55,075 nucleotides of DNA from a virus. Its lineage: Duplodnaviria; Caudoviricetes. This document shows positions 29,565 to 41,547 of this stretch, piece after piece. Each line of letters opens with the position of its first letter. Position 1 is the first letter of the stretch. The stretch spans positions 1 to 55,075 of the IMG/VR virus record IMGVR_UViG_3300036719_004687. One strand, 5' to 3'. A program made the translations under genes and the position numbers. Under the pieces are notes generated by a model. It did no database searches and had not been told where the DNA came from. It saw only the letters and a program-made list of their open reading frames with translations.

Positions 29565-31175
29565 ATGTCGGATTGTGATGTATTGTTTGCTCCAATTAAA
29601 TTTTTAGGCGCTAGCGTATTATCATTTAATGCGTCTTTAGGCTTAGGTTCATCAGAGAGCAGTTTAAATGTTGATTTAGTAGAAGATTGTGAAAATAATG
29701 ATCAATTTATGCCAATAAATGGATTAATCGGAGTTGGAGCACCAGCGTATTTTAGTGCTGGTACTTTTCAATTTGGTGGTGTTTTAACTAATTGGACAGC
29801 AACACAGGGCGCTTCTGGACAAACATTTAATGTTAAGATTGTTGATCCAAGACAACTTTTAGAAAACACAGCCGTAGTAACAGATTCTTATCTTGGACCA
29901 CCAGTTCAAGGTCTTAATTATTTTAATGCCTATGCATACTGGGAATCTCAGGTTCTTCAAGGAAATTGTGTTGTTTTTGGATCATCTCTTGGTGGAGAAC
30001 GAGGTATGCCATATCAGAAAATTATAGAAGCTCTACAAGGAATGAATCCAACAATTTATTCCCCTACTGGCTATGCTTATACTATCAATTTTAGTAGTTT
30101 TCCTAGTGGTTTGCCAGAATATTATAGGGTTGCTGGACCCAGTGTTACTCTTTTACAGCTTTTACAAGATGTTTGTGATGTTATGGGTTTTGATTTTTAT
30201 GTAAATTTATTGCCTGGAGCTATAATTAATATAGGTTTAATAAATCTAAAAACTCCTGTAACTTCTTTTAGTAGCATAGTAGCAGCTTACAATAGCATAG
30301 CTACAGATTTAAGTTATGGTCAAGAACTTAGAAATGAAGTTACAAAAACAGTATTATTTGGTGAATATCAACATTATCTTAGTCAAGTTAATAAGTTTAA
30401 TTATTTTTTTGGCGAAGATTTAATAGATGGAGAATATGTACCAGTAGTTCCATATAGATATGATGAGTGTGGATTTTGGATTAGAAAAAGGGTAGAAGCT
30501 TTAAATCTTACTTTACGTAAACCATTGCCCACTAATGGCCCTTATACTATTCATGAATTAGATATTAGAGCAGCCATGGCGTCTCAAGACTTATGGAGAG
30601 AACGAGTAATGAGCGAAAGTATCAATGGAAGTTTTAATAAAGCTGTTAGAGATAATTGGCCAGAAGCCAAAACAGATAGTAGAGCTAATGTTAATAGTAT
30701 AGGACAAGCTTCTCAAGCCCTCGGCGCAACACAAGACGCACAAGGTAAACCATTATTTGTAGATGCTTTAAATCAAGCTAGACCTCAAAATCAAGAAGCT
30801 AATAAACCAGAATTTTTAGAAGATTTAGACAAAGTTTGGAATTTTATTAAATCTTTAGGTGATACATATTATGGAAAACAATTTATCACACCATTAAATC
30901 AAATTATTTGTTACTATCAGTTACCAGATGCGCCTCTGTCTGAAAAAGTATTTTCTGATATACCAACTAATGCTGGCGGATGGATTGAGGATGGTAATCC
31001 TGTATTACAACTTAATGAACCAGAATTAAGCTTTTTTAGAGAAGACGATGGTAGAATTAGTTGTTTTGCATTATTTAATAAAGATGGTAATGCTCCTGAT
31101 GAAGAATCTACTAGTGGCGAAGCAAAGAGTAGTTTTACTGGTGACGTTAATCCTCCTACTAACCCAGTCGTTTAA
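29565..31175 (+). CDS. Putative tail tip hub protein
   Basis: Position; LLQLLQDVCDVMGFDFYV and LSYGQELRNE resemble hub/Tal-type patterns. Confidence 0.5.
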   Translation: MSDCDVLFAPIKFLGASVLSFNASLGLGSSESSLNVDLVEDCENNDQFMPINGLIGVGAPAYFSAGTFQFGGVLTNWTATQGASGQTFNVKIVDPRQLLENTAVVTDSYLGPPVQGLNYFNAYAYWESQVLQGNCVVFGSSLGGERGMPYQKIIEALQGMNPTIYSPTGYAYTINFSSFPSGLPEYYRVAGPSVTLLQLLQDVCDVMGFDFYVNLLPGAIINIGLINLKTPVTSFSSIVAAYNSIATDLSYGQELRNEVTKTVLFGEYQHYLSQVNKFNYFFGEDLIDGEYVPVVPYRYDECGFWIRKRVEALNLTLRKPLPTNGPYTIHELDIRAAMASQDLWRERVMSESINGSFNKAVRDNWPEAKTDSRANVNSIGQASQALGATQDAQGKPLFVDALNQARPQNQEANKPEFLEDLDKVWNFIKSLGDTYYGKQFITPLNQIICYYQLPDAPLSEKVFSDIPTNAGGWIEDGNPVLQLNEPELSFFREDDGRISCFALFNKDGNAPDEESTSGEAKSSFTGDVNPPTNPVV

Positions 31176-31192
31176 CCACAAGGAATTATACA

Positions 31193-33703
<2,511 letters not shown>

Positions 33704-33706
33704 AAT

Positions 33707-34396
33707 ATGAGTATTTGTCCATCAAACACACCAACACCACTTCCTTCATCGACGCGTCCAGTAACACCAACTGTTACGACTACTAGAACGCCTACTAGAA
33801 CATTAACTCAAAGTCCTCAAGCAACATCGACACCAACCAATACTCCTCAAGTAAGTTCATCATCTATACCTAATAATAGTTTTTTAACACCAACCTTCAT
33901 TACTGATACTCCTGTCCCCTCCCAGTCTGTACAAGTCTCTAATACTCCTACTCCGTCAATATCTCCAGCAAATACAACGACACCAACACCGACTAGAACA
34001 TCTACACCAGGATCGACTATTACACCAACTATATCTGTATCTCAATCTCATACTCCAACCAGAACATCAACTAGCTCACGAACTCAAACACCAACAGTTA
34101 CACTGAGTCAGTCTGTCACAAAAACACCAACAAAAACTAACACTCCAACAAGAACAGTTACTCGTACGCCAACACGCACAGTAACAAAATCAGTATCTAC
34201 AACTCCAACTTCTAGTTTTGGACTTAATATTACGCCATCTAAATCACCAGCACCTACATCTCCTATATCTCGAACTCCTACTAGAACACCATATCCTACT
34301 AAATCCGTATCTGGTACTCCGGCACCGACTAAGACTCCAGGACTATCCGCAACAGTAACAAGAACACCAACCCCCACTAATTCTCAGTGTCCTTAA
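33707..34396 (+). CDS. Mucin-like Thr/Pro/Ser-rich protein (229 aa)
   Basis: Almost entirely TPT/TPS/TRT repeats with mixed codons; only two Cys, one near each end (MSICP..., ...QCP). Confidence 0.75.
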   Translation: MSICPSNTPTPLPSSTRPVTPTVTTTRTPTRTLTQSPQATSTPTNTPQVSSSSIPNNSFLTPTFITDTPVPSQSVQVSNTPTPSISPANTTTPTPTRTSTPGSTITPTISVSQSHTPTRTSTSSRTQTPTVTLSQSVTKTPTKTNTPTRTVTRTPTRTVTKSVSTTPTSSFGLNITPSKSPAPTSPISRTPTRTPYPTKSVSGTPAPTKTPGLSATVTRTPTPTNSQCP

Positions 34397-34403
34397 AATT
34401 ATA

Positions 34404-35612
34404 ATGAAAACTTTAGTTTGGACTAGTGCAAATGATGAAATGTTTAGTCTGTTGACCCAATGGGTTATTAGCTTGCGCACACTAGGTCATTATACTGGTG
34501 AATTATTAATATTAGATTATGGCATTAGTGCATCAAATAAAAAACTACTTAATCAACTAGATGTTAAATACGTTTCTATGAACAATAGTGGACCTATTGT
34601 TAATCATAGATATATTGATATTATTGATATATTAAAAAATTATAATTCAGAATATTTAATTCTTCATTTAGATGCAGATATTTGGTTTCAAAAAGATATG
34701 AATGGTATTTTTGATCTTATTGACAAAGAACAAGGCTGTCTTTTTTCTCCAGATGTACACTGGTATTCTCAACCATTTTTATCTAAAAACAATAATGAAA
34801 AAATATTTTATGAAAATAAAATACGCCGTATTCATAACGCATACGATGGGACCATCCAGGGCGGATTATCTGCTGGAAAAAATATAAATTTAATTGCTAA
34901 GTATACATTAATGCATAATTATTTTATAAATAATATAGTTAGAGATGAATATGGATCGGATCAATTTTTATTTAATATACTATTTGAAGAAAGCATTGAT
35001 AAGGCAGATGCTCATCTATGGAACTGTATTGGTTCTGATATCGTTTATAATAATGGTATTTGGTATTCTAAAAAACATAGTAATAAACTAGTTGAATGCA
35101 TAGGAATACATGTCGTAGGTATGTTACGGCACGAAAAACATAGATTATTTAAATACAACTATAATCATTTAATATTAGAAAATTTAAAAGATATTAATCA
35201 TAATATAAATAAAAATATATATATAGAATCTTTACCTATAGACCACGGAAGTTGTATAGCTGATCAATTAATTAGTATTATTAATTTATGTAAAACTTAC
35301 TATAATCATAATATAACTATAGGGTTTAATTATCAAGATATAATCTTATGTCCATACGATATTGGCTGTCAACGATTGGTTCCTTTGAACCATGGTCATG
35401 ACCACTATTGGGATATTCTTGGTCTAGAAAGAAAACCACACATAGCCGATCCATTCAAGCTCTTTATTTCTGCTAAAGCTACAAATAATATTGCACAAAT
35501 CCCCGTATCATATACTAAACAATTATGTGATAAATTCTCATCGCATTGGCTAGATTTTATGTTAAGCATGATGATAAAACAACATCATATGTCATATGGT
35601 TTAATTATTTAA
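34404..35612 (+). CDS. GT-A fold glycosyltransferase (GT8/GT77-like) with a C-terminal extension
   Basis: LILDYG, HLDADIWF (DxD), GSDQFLFN, and late WN and IHVVG motifs. Confidence 0.7.
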   Translation: MKTLVWTSANDEMFSLLTQWVISLRTLGHYTGELLILDYGISASNKKLLNQLDVKYVSMNNSGPIVNHRYIDIIDILKNYNSEYLILHLDADIWFQKDMNGIFDLIDKEQGCLFSPDVHWYSQPFLSKNNNEKIFYENKIRRIHNAYDGTIQGGLSAGKNINLIAKYTLMHNYFINNIVRDEYGSDQFLFNILFEESIDKADAHLWNCIGSDIVYNNGIWYSKKHSNKLVECIGIHVVGMLRHEKHRLFKYNYNHLILENLKDINHNINKNIYIESLPIDHGSCIADQLISIINLCKTYYNHNITIGFNYQDIILCPYDIGCQRLVPLNHGHDHYWDILGLERKPHIADPFKLFISAKATNNIAQIPVSYTKQLCDKFSSHWLDFMLSMMIKQHHMSYGLII

Positions 35613-36632
35613 CATATTTATCCACGAATTAATACAATCATTTTTATTTGATATTTTATTTATTAAATAATTATATGCATTATAAATTATAGTTTTTCTT
35701 AACTGTTCATCAAAAGCCAATTGACTTGCTCTATAGCTCATCTCATCAGAACTATTGCATAAAAATCCAGTTTCTCCATTAATAATTAGTTCTGGTAAAG
35801 CATAGTTATTTTCTGTTACTATTGGTACACCAGCAGCATAACATTCTGGAACTATACGACAGTAACTTTCTCTACTACCACCAGTTTTATGTATTAGACA
35901 ATGTAATTTATTATAACAGTCTTTTACTGGAATTCCGCCAGGACTCCAGGTTTGCCAATCCAATCCTTGTGGCGCTGATCCACACTTTTTAAAGGCGTTT
36001 TCTCCAAAGCCCAATATAAAAGTTTTAGTTGGTAGTGGGGAACTCACTTTATAAAAAATATTCCACATATCACTAGAAAATTTAGATCCATCATCTCTTG
36101 AAATCCTACCCATACAAAAATAGTCTTTAGGTATTCTATAATTAAATTCTAAATTTTGTGCTATATTATTTGGATTAAAATATGGTTGATATTCATTAAA
36201 AATATTTACATCTATACCAGTTTTTTCTTTGATGGTTGATAATAGCATATTTTGTTGATATTTTGATACAAATCCATGATAGTCGATCCATTTATTTTGT
36301 ATTGCAATAAGTTCATTATCGAATAACCAAGTCATACAATTAAACCAAATGATTAATTTAGGTTTACCATATTCCATAATTTCTGGTAATTTTTTTAAGA
36401 ATTCTCCATTACAAAAAGACACAACTACTTTATCTTTAAAAATATCTTTTGTATAATCTATGGTTTTACATCCTCTGTTGTCACAAAGCTTTCTCATTTT
36501 ACTATCACACCCAAACATAGGAACTAAATTTACATTAATATTATATTCTCTCCATAAGTCAATATTATGATCTAGCTCAGTATCAGCGCCACCAACAAAA
36601 GATGGATATCCGGCAACCCATATTTCATTCAT
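35601..36632 (-). CDS. GT-B fold glycosyltransferase (GT4-like)
   Basis: GGADTE near the N-terminus, MGRISR, and ESYCRIVPECYAAGVPIV...ELIINGETGFL. Confidence 0.85.
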   Translation of the reverse strand: MNEIWVAGYPSFVGGADTELDHNIDLWREYNINVNLVPMFGCDSKMRKLCDNRGCKTIDYTKDIFKDKVVVSFCNGEFLKKLPEIMEYGKPKLIIWFNCMTWLFDNELIAIQNKWIDYHGFVSKYQQNMLLSTIKEKTGIDVNIFNEYQPYFNPNNIAQNLEFNYRIPKDYFCMGRISRDDGSKFSSDMWNIFYKVSSPLPTKTFILGFGENAFKKCGSAPQGLDWQTWSPGGIPVKDCYNKLHCLIHKTGGSRESYCRIVPECYAAGVPIVTENNYALPELIINGETGFLCNSSDEMSYRASQLAFDEQLRKTIIYNAYNYLINKISNKNDCINSWINMLNN

Positions 36633-37228
36633 ATTTTAATTCTCGACATCCATGCTATTTGTAATAGAAATTCTTGTTGAAAAAAGACCAATTTATCTAT
36701 ATTAGAAATATCACTATTTTGTATTTCGCACCAATTCCAAATTTTATCTTTCATATGTTGCTCAAAATACTCAGCGTTCGGAGCATAATCGTGTGCCATA
36801 ATAACGTCTCCAGCTTTTAGTAGTGGAGCTATAGTATTATATTCGCATTTCTTGCATCCGCCATCGCACAAAATTAAAGACAAACCATCCTGTTGTATAA
36901 AAGATTCTATTTCATATTTAGCTTCTTCATTTATAAATGTATTATTATCATAGTCAAACAAATTTTTTGTTCTTACATCCACATTACGATCTTTTACTAG
37001 TGGTTTTAAAAATTCTTGATCATGTATATCATAGGTTAATATAGGATTATTTTGTAATCCTAGTTCATCCATAATATCTCTTAAACAGAGCGTTAAACCT
37101 CCATGAAAAGTTCCTATTTCTAGTATTCTGGCGGGTTTCGTTTGTGATAAAAACTCCTTAAATACTTTGGGAGTATCAGGATGCTGACTCATAAATAGAT
37201 ATCCATAAGCAAATCCACCTTCAATCAT
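36629..37228 (-). CDS. Class I SAM-dependent methyltransferase (CmcI/Methyltransf_24-like)
   Basis: ILEIGTFHGG motif I, TYDI, LCDGG and GDVIMAHDY. Confidence 0.8.
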   Translation of the reverse strand: MIEGGFAYGYLFMSQHPDTPKVFKEFLSQTKPARILEIGTFHGGLTLCLRDIMDELGLQNNPILTYDIHDQEFLKPLVKDRNVDVRTKNLFDYDNNTFINEEAKYEIESFIQQDGLSLILCDGGCKKCEYNTIAPLLKAGDVIMAHDYAPNAEYFEQHMKDKIWNWCEIQNSDISNIDKLVFFQQEFLLQIAWMSRIKI

Positions 37229-38237
37229 TTAAACCTCCGAGATCTAACTTAGATAGTACATAATTTATATTATTCTGTAATGTACAATTTTTTACAAACC
37301 AACTTCTAGCATTATTTCTAATAAAGTTTAAATATTCAATATCATCCTTAATTTTATTTAAATAATAAATTAAATATTCAGCAAACTCGCCATAATTTAA
37401 ATACCAAGGATTACCATCCCAGTATTTACAATCAGTATAGCAACTAATATAATGATAGTTTGGAATAAGCGGATCAGGATACTGAATATTCAAATATGGT
37501 CTAATTACTGGAACACCAATACCAAAACATTCTATATCTCTGTTGCATACTTCTGTTCCTCCGGGTAAACTTAGTGCAACTCTATATTGAGTTAAATCTT
37601 TAAGATAACTAATATAGTCTAATGATTGATTATTAGTATTTCTATCAATAATTAATATAGATGGATCTTTAATATGATCAATCATATATTTTCTAAAATC
37701 CCATAAATAACCTCTAAAATATAACTGTGGAATTGTAGACTCTATACTTGTTGATTTAAATAAGTCTTCTATAAACTCAAGAGAGCCATCCTCATATGGA
37801 CCATAAAAGAAAGACTCATATCTAGTTTTAATATCAGATGGACAATCTATGTCTGGATTATCTTTTTCATAATTTTTAAAACTAAAATAGTCAATATAAT
37901 TAAAGCCACCAGGATAGAAAAATTGAACCATTTTAGATGGTTTCCATCCCAAATGTTGCATAAAATGATACTTCCAATTATCAAAAAATGATATTAGTAT
38001 ATATTTTTGATTGATTGGATTAAGTATAGAAAAATTCATACAACTATAAATGCTACCATATCCATTATCTTCATATTGAGGTTCATTTTTAATAGTAAAT
38101 GAATATTGAGGATAATCAATACATAACTTATCATATAGTTTATTAAAAAATGTAGTTACATAATATTTTCCTAGATCTCTAAACTGATGTCTGACAATTA
38201 ATTCCATAATATTGGACCAGTTATGGGATCGGCCCAT
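37221..38237 (-). CDS. Putative glycosyltransferase (GT90/CgeB-like)
   Basis: LYFRG, YLKDL..YRVALSLPG, CNRDIECFGIGVPVI and LIPNYHYI pattern. Confidence 0.6.
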   Translation of the reverse strand: MGRSHNWSNIMELIVRHQFRDLGKYYVTTFFNKLYDKLCIDYPQYSFTIKNEPQYEDNGYGSIYSCMNFSILNPINQKYILISFFDNWKYHFMQHLGWKPSKMVQFFYPGGFNYIDYFSFKNYEKDNPDIDCPSDIKTRYESFFYGPYEDGSLEFIEDLFKSTSIESTIPQLYFRGYLWDFRKYMIDHIKDPSILIIDRNTNNQSLDYISYLKDLTQYRVALSLPGGTEVCNRDIECFGIGVPVIRPYLNIQYPDPLIPNYHYISCYTDCKYWDGNPWYLNYGEFAEYLIYYLNKIKDDIEYLNFIRNNARSWFVKNCTLQNNINYVLSKLDLGGLND

Positions 38238-39481
38238 CCTTTATTAATACTATGAGGCCATACTAACCAACTGTGTGGTTTTTCTTTTGTTATAAAACTT
38301 CTCCAAACTTTACAGTATCCTTCTGGATCATTTTTCATTCTGGATATTTCATCAGAATCAGCATCTTGTCTAAAAATATCATTTCCTTCTTTATCTTTAA
38401 AGGCAACAGCCCAAAAATCATAATCATCTTCAGGCACCTGATCATAGCCAATATCAATACAATGTTTAAAAATTGGCTGCAATGAATCTTCAAATGCTTG
38501 ATCAGATATTGTCATATTTTCCAACTTTGGCGGCTTATGATCAATCACATCTTGTGTTATAGAACGTGTACTAAATTGCATACCGGCATATTTTTCATAG
38601 TCTTTTAATGATCGAACATTACCAAAACTATATTTACCAAAATCAATATCATTAATTTCATTATCCATACCGAATAATTTACGATTTCTTAGATGACATT
38701 TATTATTTTTGTCTACCCACTTAGTATCATCATCCCATTGTTTGCTGCGTCCCTTTCGCGTATATTCATGCCAACACACTACTTTATGAGGATAAAATAT
38801 ATCGTACCCATGAGTAAAAGCTCTAACAGCAACATTTATTTCTTCACCATGAAAATAATAGTTCGGATCATGTTTAACTTCTTTAGCAAATATTCCTAAA
38901 GTAAATGCAAAATGAGCACTATAAAAACGGCCCATTAATGGTTCATCTAAATTATCTATATCAGAATTAAAGGAAGCAGGAAGAAAGAATACTGCACCTT
39001 CTGGTATGTATCTATCAAAGGTCATTTTCCATGGCTCTTGAACTCTAGCATCCGGATCATTATCAGGATCAAAACTAGGGATATATGCTGTTATAAGAGG
39101 CTTAGGATATCCTTTATCCTGAAGAGATAATAACATATCTATTAATATTTCATCCCAATTTTCTATAAATCTATGATGACTATCTAGTTGCAGAGTATAC
39201 GTTTCACCCTGATATAAATTCTGGACCAGATTTCTCGCCCAACAAACTCCTTGACTATCTCTGTAGTCGATATCTATAATCTTAAAGCGACTATCATAAA
39301 TATAATCATTTAAATGATCCCATTCATCCAGATCACAATGTTGCCAGCATATAGCAAATCTTAAATTTTCTGGATATTTAGCTTTACTAATACAATCTTT
39401 TAATGTGGGTAATAATTGAGGATCTCGATAAGATGCAATTTGTATAAATATAGTATTAGTTTTCTTTTCGTTCTGTTGCAT
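38198..39481 (-). CDS. GT60-like polypeptide/hydroxyproline GlcNAc transferase
   Basis: TIFIQIASYRDPQL, GVCWAR, LQLDSHHRF (DSH motif), FHGEEI and AFTHGYDIF match the Skp1 GlcNAc-transferase family pattern. Confidence 0.8.
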   Translation of the reverse strand: MQQNEKKTNTIFIQIASYRDPQLLPTLKDCISKAKYPENLRFAICWQHCDLDEWDHLNDYIYDSRFKIIDIDYRDSQGVCWARNLVQNLYQGETYTLQLDSHHRFIENWDEILIDMLLSLQDKGYPKPLITAYIPSFDPDNDPDARVQEPWKMTFDRYIPEGAVFFLPASFNSDIDNLDEPLMGRFYSAHFAFTLGIFAKEVKHDPNYYFHGEEINVAVRAFTHGYDIFYPHKVVCWHEYTRKGRSKQWDDDTKWVDKNNKCHLRNRKLFGMDNEINDIDFGKYSFGNVRSLKDYEKYAGMQFSTRSITQDVIDHKPPKLENMTISDQAFEDSLQPIFKHCIDIGYDQVPEDDYDFWAVAFKDKEGNDIFRQDADSDEISRMKNDPEGYCKVWRSFITKEKPHSWLVWPHSINKGWADPITGPILWN

Positions 39482-41090
39482 GGTAATGGTGAACTCTGTT
39501 GTGTGTTATGGGACTAGCTAAAAGAATAGCTGGGTGTATTTTCTTCTCTTTGGTAAGAGTATAAATATGACTCATCCAGGTTTGTTCATATGGATGTTGC
39601 CATGTGGTATCTAGAAAACATTTCTTATTGCCTGTCTGACTTATAATATGAGGCCAATTAGAATAGTAAATCTCTCCATCAGCATATGGAATACCATTAA
39701 GAGTTTTAATATTATCGAATTTAGTGGGTGGCTTTTGTTGAATATTTCCAAAGTATTCTTCTCTTAGAGATTGTGGAATATTATGCCAACTCCACTGATC
39801 ACCATTATGACCATAAAATTCACTAAAACTAAACTTAATAAAGTCATATTTTTCTTTATTCATAATCTTAAGCAAAGAAGAGTAGAGGTCTTTAACGTTC
39901 TTAGACAATCCAAAATTACACAATCCCTCATAATCCAATAACATATCATCCTCAAAGAAAAACATATAATCAGCCCCTGATTCTGCAAAATGTTCGGCCG
40001 CTAATTGGCGACCTCCACAAATGCCCAAATTACCTTTTCTAATTTCAGTAAAATTATATTGTTTGACAATTTGATCGTATTCTGGAAATAAACTACTATC
40101 AGTAGAATTATTAATTAAGATCTTATTCGTTTGATCAATAAATTTAGGATCATGCTTCATAAATGAAGACAATACCATATTAACCTGTGACGGAGAATTA
40201 AATGTAATTATATATAGATTTATTTGTTTATCTTTACTTTTAATCTTGGATTGTTGTAATTGTTCAAAAAAATAATATACTAATCCGTTGTCCTCTATCA
40301 TTTCAAAGTGATATGTTTCTGGATCCAAATACGTCATAATAGTAAAGATACTTTCTTCAGTACCCATATATCCATTATTAAGAGTGTCTGCTAATAATTC
40401 ATAGTATAATTGATTAGCTTTACTTATACTATCTTTATGTCCTCCAAAAAAACCACCACGAGCTACTCTATTAACAGTATCGTTTTGTGAATATTTTTTC
40501 ATTCCATCAATACCAAAACCATGTATTTCTTTATCTGTTTCATAAGGAAATGCTATAAAAAGAAAATTATCAGATAATTTAAGAAGATTATTAATTACTA
40601 TAGGATTATTAAAATATCCTAAGCTCATTGTGTTACTAAGTCCACCATCTATCCAATAAAAATAGGAACTGTTAAAAGGATCAAAACACTTAGCGTTATG
40701 CAGCAAAAACATCTTGCTCATAACCATAGGATTATAATATGCTAATGATCCTTGTGTACTATCTTTAAGCCATTCTGCCTGATTATACCATTCTGGATTA
40801 TTTCTGATATTTTGAATTTGATCAAAAAATGGGAAAAAGGCTCCAGAGAAATCAGATTTGGTATGATAATAAATTCTGGTATTGTGGTGTTCTCGATGTT
40901 GCCACACCAGATCCTCCAAAGATGGATCAATAAAAATAATTAAATTATAATCTTTGAGGTCTTTTAATAACTGGATAAAATGATTTTTATAATGATCAAA
41001 ATTTCGTTGCCATCCTGGTTGAGAATTACCTCGATCTAAATCCCAGATACCAGTCACAAAAGTAATATTATTTTGCATTTTTTTTAGCAT
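39456..41090 (-). CDS. HtrL/WlaTC-like domain fused to a GT2-like glycosyltransferase domain
   Basis: N-terminal TFVTGIWDL, MSKMFLL, YWIDGG, GGFFGG and GTEESIF. C-terminal YIITFN, NLGICGGR and FFEDDM. Confidence 0.7.
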   Translation of the reverse strand: MLKKMQNNITFVTGIWDLDRGNSQPGWQRNFDHYKNHFIQLLKDLKDYNLIIFIDPSLEDLVWQHREHHNTRIYYHTKSDFSGAFFPFFDQIQNIRNNPEWYNQAEWLKDSTQGSLAYYNPMVMSKMFLLHNAKCFDPFNSSYFYWIDGGLSNTMSLGYFNNPIVINNLLKLSDNFLFIAFPYETDKEIHGFGIDGMKKYSQNDTVNRVARGGFFGGHKDSISKANQLYYELLADTLNNGYMGTEESIFTIMTYLDPETYHFEMIEDNGLVYYFFEQLQQSKIKSKDKQINLYIITFNSPSQVNMVLSSFMKHDPKFIDQTNKILINNSTDSSLFPEYDQIVKQYNFTEIRKGNLGICGGRQLAAEHFAESGADYMFFFEDDMLLDYEGLCNFGLSKNVKDLYSSLLKIMNKEKYDFIKFSFSEFYGHNGDQWSWHNIPQSLREEYFGNIQQKPPTKFDNIKTLNGIPYADGEIYYSNWPHIISQTGNKKCFLDTTWQHPYEQTWMSHIYTLTKEKKIHPAILLASPITHNRVHHYHATERKEN

Positions 41091-41547
41091 TACTAATAGC
41101 TTTTTTTACTAAAATTTTTCCAGCCATATCAATAAATGGTAGTTTTCTTTTTGTTGCTTCTTCTTTTAGCCACCCTATGATAGTATCAATATTATTTTCA
41201 CACCACTGTATGCCATTTTTATCCATAAGACTCGCTCTTTTATTACACGAGCAGGTTGGAGATGCTTTGATTCCTATTTTATTTAGTAATCGCTTTAATT
41301 CTGTTCCAACGCCATTACCACCAGTAGTACTAGATGCATTATAATCTATTGTTTTTTGTATGTCATTATTAGATATAAGAGATGGAGCATATCCAGGTTT
41401 AGTTTCTTTTGGAAATGCAGAATGATCAGTATTAAGAATATAAATATCACCCTCTTGATTAACTATGCAATCTTTTATTTCTTCTAAAGAATATCCTTTA
41501 AGATAGCATAAAATATTTAGGGTTTTATTTGTGTACTGTTTTAGCAT
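41068..41547 (-). CDS. Hypothetical Cys-containing protein
   Basis: GVGTELKRLL...CSCNKRA..MD..G..WC...IIGWLKEEA; overlaps both neighbours. Confidence 0.6.
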   Translation of the reverse strand: MLKQYTNKTLNILCYLKGYSLEEIKDCIVNQEGDIYILNTDHSAFPKETKPGYAPSLISNNDIQKTIDYNASSTTGGNGVGTELKRLLNKIGIKASPTCSCNKRASLMDKNGIQWCENNIDTIIGWLKEEATKRKLPFIDMAGKILVKKAISNAKKNAK

